The notes below the pieces were generated by a model. That model saw only the letters and a program-made list of their open reading frames with translations, made no database searches and was not told where the DNA came from. A DNA stretch of 64,000 nucleotides from Candidatus Omnitrophota bacterium (GTDB taxonomy: Bacteria > Omnitrophota > Gorgyraeia > Gygaellales > Profunditerraquicolaceae). A program made the position numbers and the translations under genes. This document shows positions 62,104 through 64,000 of the stretch, piece after piece (position 1 is the stretch's first letter; each line of letters opens with the position of its first letter). Where the stretch lies: contig CAINQO010000080.1 in assembly GCA_903852325.1 (NCBI GenBank), positions 2,732-66,731 on the forward strand, given 5' to 3'.

Positions 62104-63648
62104 ATGCTCTCAAAAACATATAGTTTCGGCATTTTGGGGCTGGAAGCTTACCCGGTGGAGATTGAAATCGATGTTGCCGGCGGCCTGCCGAGAGTCAATC
62201 TGGTGGGGCTGGCGGACGCGGCCATAAAGGAAAGCAAGGAACGGGTGCGCGCGGCAATCAAGAATTCCGGATTCACCTGGCCGGCGCAAAGAATCACGGT
62301 AAATCTTGCCCCTTCGGATATCAAGAAAGAGGGGGCTTGCTTTGACCTGGCGATTGCCATCGGGATCCTGGCGGCAACCGGGCAAATAAGCAATGCCCCC
62401 CTTAATCATTACTCTTTCCTGGGAGAACTGTCTCTGGACGGACAATTGCGCCCGGTTCACGGTGTGCTGACCATAAGCCTGACTTTAGCGAAACTGCCCG
62501 AAAAAAACCTTATTTTACCGCGGGAAAACGCCAGAGAAGCGGCAATCGTCCCGGAAATATCCGCCTGGCCCTTTAAAAGCTTAAAAGAAGTGGCGCAATT
62601 CTTAACTGACCCGGACGCTCATCCACCGCTTAAATTGGACGCTAACCAGGCACTCGGCAGCAGCCCGAATTATGCGCTGGATTTTTCCGAGATCAAGGGG
62701 CAGTATTTTGCCAAAAGAGCGCTGGAGGTCGCTGTTTCCGGCGGACACAATATTATCCTGGTCGGCCCGCCGGGAAGCGGAAAAACCATGCTGGCCAAAA
62801 GGATCCCCACGATCATGCCCGGACTTTCCCTGAAAGAAACCCTGGAAATAACCAAGATCCATTCGGTGGCCGGCACATTAATGAATAATGACGGCTTGAT
62901 CACCGCGCGGCCTTTCCGCTCGCCACACCACAGTATTTCCGATATCGCTTTGATCGGCGGAGGCAGTACCCCTAAGCCCGGGGAGATAAGCTTGGCGCAT
63001 TACGGGGTCCTTTTCCTTGATGAGCTGCCGGAATTCAACCGTAAAGCCCTGGAGGCACTGCGCCAGCCCCTGGAAGACAACCTTATCTGTATCAGCCGCG
63101 TAAAAAAGACCCTGGTCTTCCCGGCCTGTTTTATTTTAGCCGCGGCGCTTAACCCCTGCCCCTGCGGTAATTATTTTAATCCCCGTAAAATTTGCCGCTG
63201 TAATCCGGCAAAGATCAGGAATTATTTAGGCCGGATTTCCGCGCCCCTGCTGGACAGGATCGACCTGCATATTGAGGTCCCGGCGGTAAAATATCAGGAA
63301 TTAACCGATACTCAGGACGCGGAATCTTCCGCCGCGATCAGGCAGCGGGTAGAAAATGCCCGCGCTATCCAGCGGGACAGGTTTTGCGCCGGCGGAGGGA
63401 ATCCTAAAATATTTTGTAACGCGCAAATGCCGAATAAAATGGTCAGGGAATTTTGTATTTTGGACAAGGAGGCCGGGGAACTGGTGCGCCTGGCGATAGC
63501 AGAGCTGGCTTTATCCGCGCGGGCGTATGATAAGATCCTCAAAGTCAGCCGCACCATAAGCGATCTGGCGCAAAGCCCGATTATCCGTTCCGAGCATGTT
63601 GCCGAAGCGATCCAATACCGCTCCCTTGACCGTTCACTTTTGGATTAA
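62104..63648 (+). CDS. comM: YifB/ComM-family Mg-chelatase-like AAA+ ATPase
   Basis: Lon-like N-domain, Walker A (GPPGSGKTM), a zinc-ribbon-like CPCG...CRC segment and a C-terminal ChlI-like domain. 514 aa. Confidence 0.85.
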   Translation: MLSKTYSFGILGLEAYPVEIEIDVAGGLPRVNLVGLADAAIKESKERVRAAIKNSGFTWPAQRITVNLAPSDIKKEGACFDLAIAIGILAATGQISNAPLNHYSFLGELSLDGQLRPVHGVLTISLTLAKLPEKNLILPRENAREAAIVPEISAWPFKSLKEVAQFLTDPDAHPPLKLDANQALGSSPNYALDFSEIKGQYFAKRALEVAVSGGHNIILVGPPGSGKTMLAKRIPTIMPGLSLKETLEITKIHSVAGTLMNNDGLITARPFRSPHHSISDIALIGGGSTPKPGEISLAHYGVLFLDELPEFNRKALEALRQPLEDNLICISRVKKTLVFPACFILAAALNPCPCGNYFNPRKICRCNPAKIRNYLGRISAPLLDRIDLHIEVPAVKYQELTDTQDAESSAAIRQRVENARAIQRDRFCAGGGNPKIFCNAQMPNKMVREFCILDKEAGELVRLAIAELALSARAYDKILKVSRTISDLAQSPIIRSEHVAEAIQYRSLDRSLLD

Positions 63649-63753
63649 TGACTTCGTAAACAACTGCGATCACCGGGATCTCCCCTAATGAAGCTTTATA
63701 TAACTCCCGCCCAACCCCGAAACTTATTTGCCTCCAGCCATATTCAGATCCCT

Positions 63754-64000
63754 TTATCCGCAGAGGATCAGTTTGATTATATTTATAGCGTTTTTTACGT
63801 TCAGCTTTAAACGATTATAACTTTTAATGCGCCTTATCTGCTTAAGAATTTTTAACGGCCTGAAATAAAACTCACGGTATGCTTTTTTTTGTAAGCGCAG
63901 TAAATCCTTTTCTGACAGCCCCTCCAAATGATGCACTGGCCGGGAATGAATTCCATAATCATCAAAGTTACGGCTGCTTAACAATTGGTGATTAACGATG
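63754..64000 (-). CDS. 3' end of a gene continuing beyond the window, possibly a class-B radical SAM protein
   Basis: The C-terminal AYREFYFRPLKILKQIRRIKS resembles the conserved tail of B12-binding radical SAM enzymes. The frame is open to the window edge. Confidence 0.3.
   Translation of the reverse strand, partial: IVNHQLLSSRNFDDYGIHSRPVHHLEGLSEKDLLRLQKKAYREFYFRPLKILKQIRRIKSYNRLKLNVKNAINIIKLILCG

Noticed and set aside
1-64000. CRISPR arrays, rRNA genes, transposases, integrases or prophage genes
   Set aside because: No direct-repeat/spacer arrays, rRNA-like conserved stretches, or DDE/tyrosine-recombinase-like ORFs were seen. The only mobile-element-like feature is the hairpin-bounded insertion in the tRNA-Leu gene.

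Overview
The window is a gene-dense, mostly minus-strand-coded stretch (about 50% GC) from an uncultivated diderm bacterium. Lnt, an LpxL-family acyltransferase, an LptE-like lipoprotein, SecA and MurJ place it among Gram-negative-type cell envelopes. Housekeeping genes are interspersed with accessory content. Confident core genes are secA, prfB with its programmed +1 frameshift site, leuS, rpsT, murJ, lnt, accA, nfo, rlmN, a pilT-family ATPase, uvrC (short form), comEA/comEC, a YifB/ComM ATPase, tRNA-Ala(GGC) and tRNA-Leu(CAA). Two regions are most notable. (1) Positions 49.3-60.1 kb hold an operon headed by a PadR gene and a promoter overlapped by a perfect 20-bp palindromic operator. It encodes a type II polyketide-synthase-like set: KS-alpha, a catalytically dead KS-beta/CLF, ACP, a PF04199 cyclase, an SRPBCC aromatase/cyclase-like protein and an SDR ketoreductase. 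It also carries a cobalamin-binding radical SAM enzyme, a tandem-duplicated Cys/His small-domain protein, a PanE-like reductase and a PCP_red-like small protein. (2) At 38.78-39.02 kb a tRNA-Leu(CAA) gene is split in its T-loop by a 165-nt insertion. The insertion carries a second, intact tRNA-Leu(CAA) flanked by inverted hairpins. Other points are scattered methionine-salvage genes (an mtnX-like HAD, and an mtnP/mtnA/mtnB-SCP2 fusion operon), a crcB-DUF190-mazG fluoride module with no recognisable fluoride riboswitch, and a radical SAM/PP-loop sulfurtransferase pair coupled by an ATGA overlap. There is also a CsgG-like lipoprotein near a secreted low-complexity repeat protein, and a processive GT2 synthase paired with a PEGA protein. 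No rRNA, CRISPR array, transposase or integrase was seen. Many ORF-track starts are upstream GTG/TTG artefacts and were trimmed where an RBS-supported start was visible.
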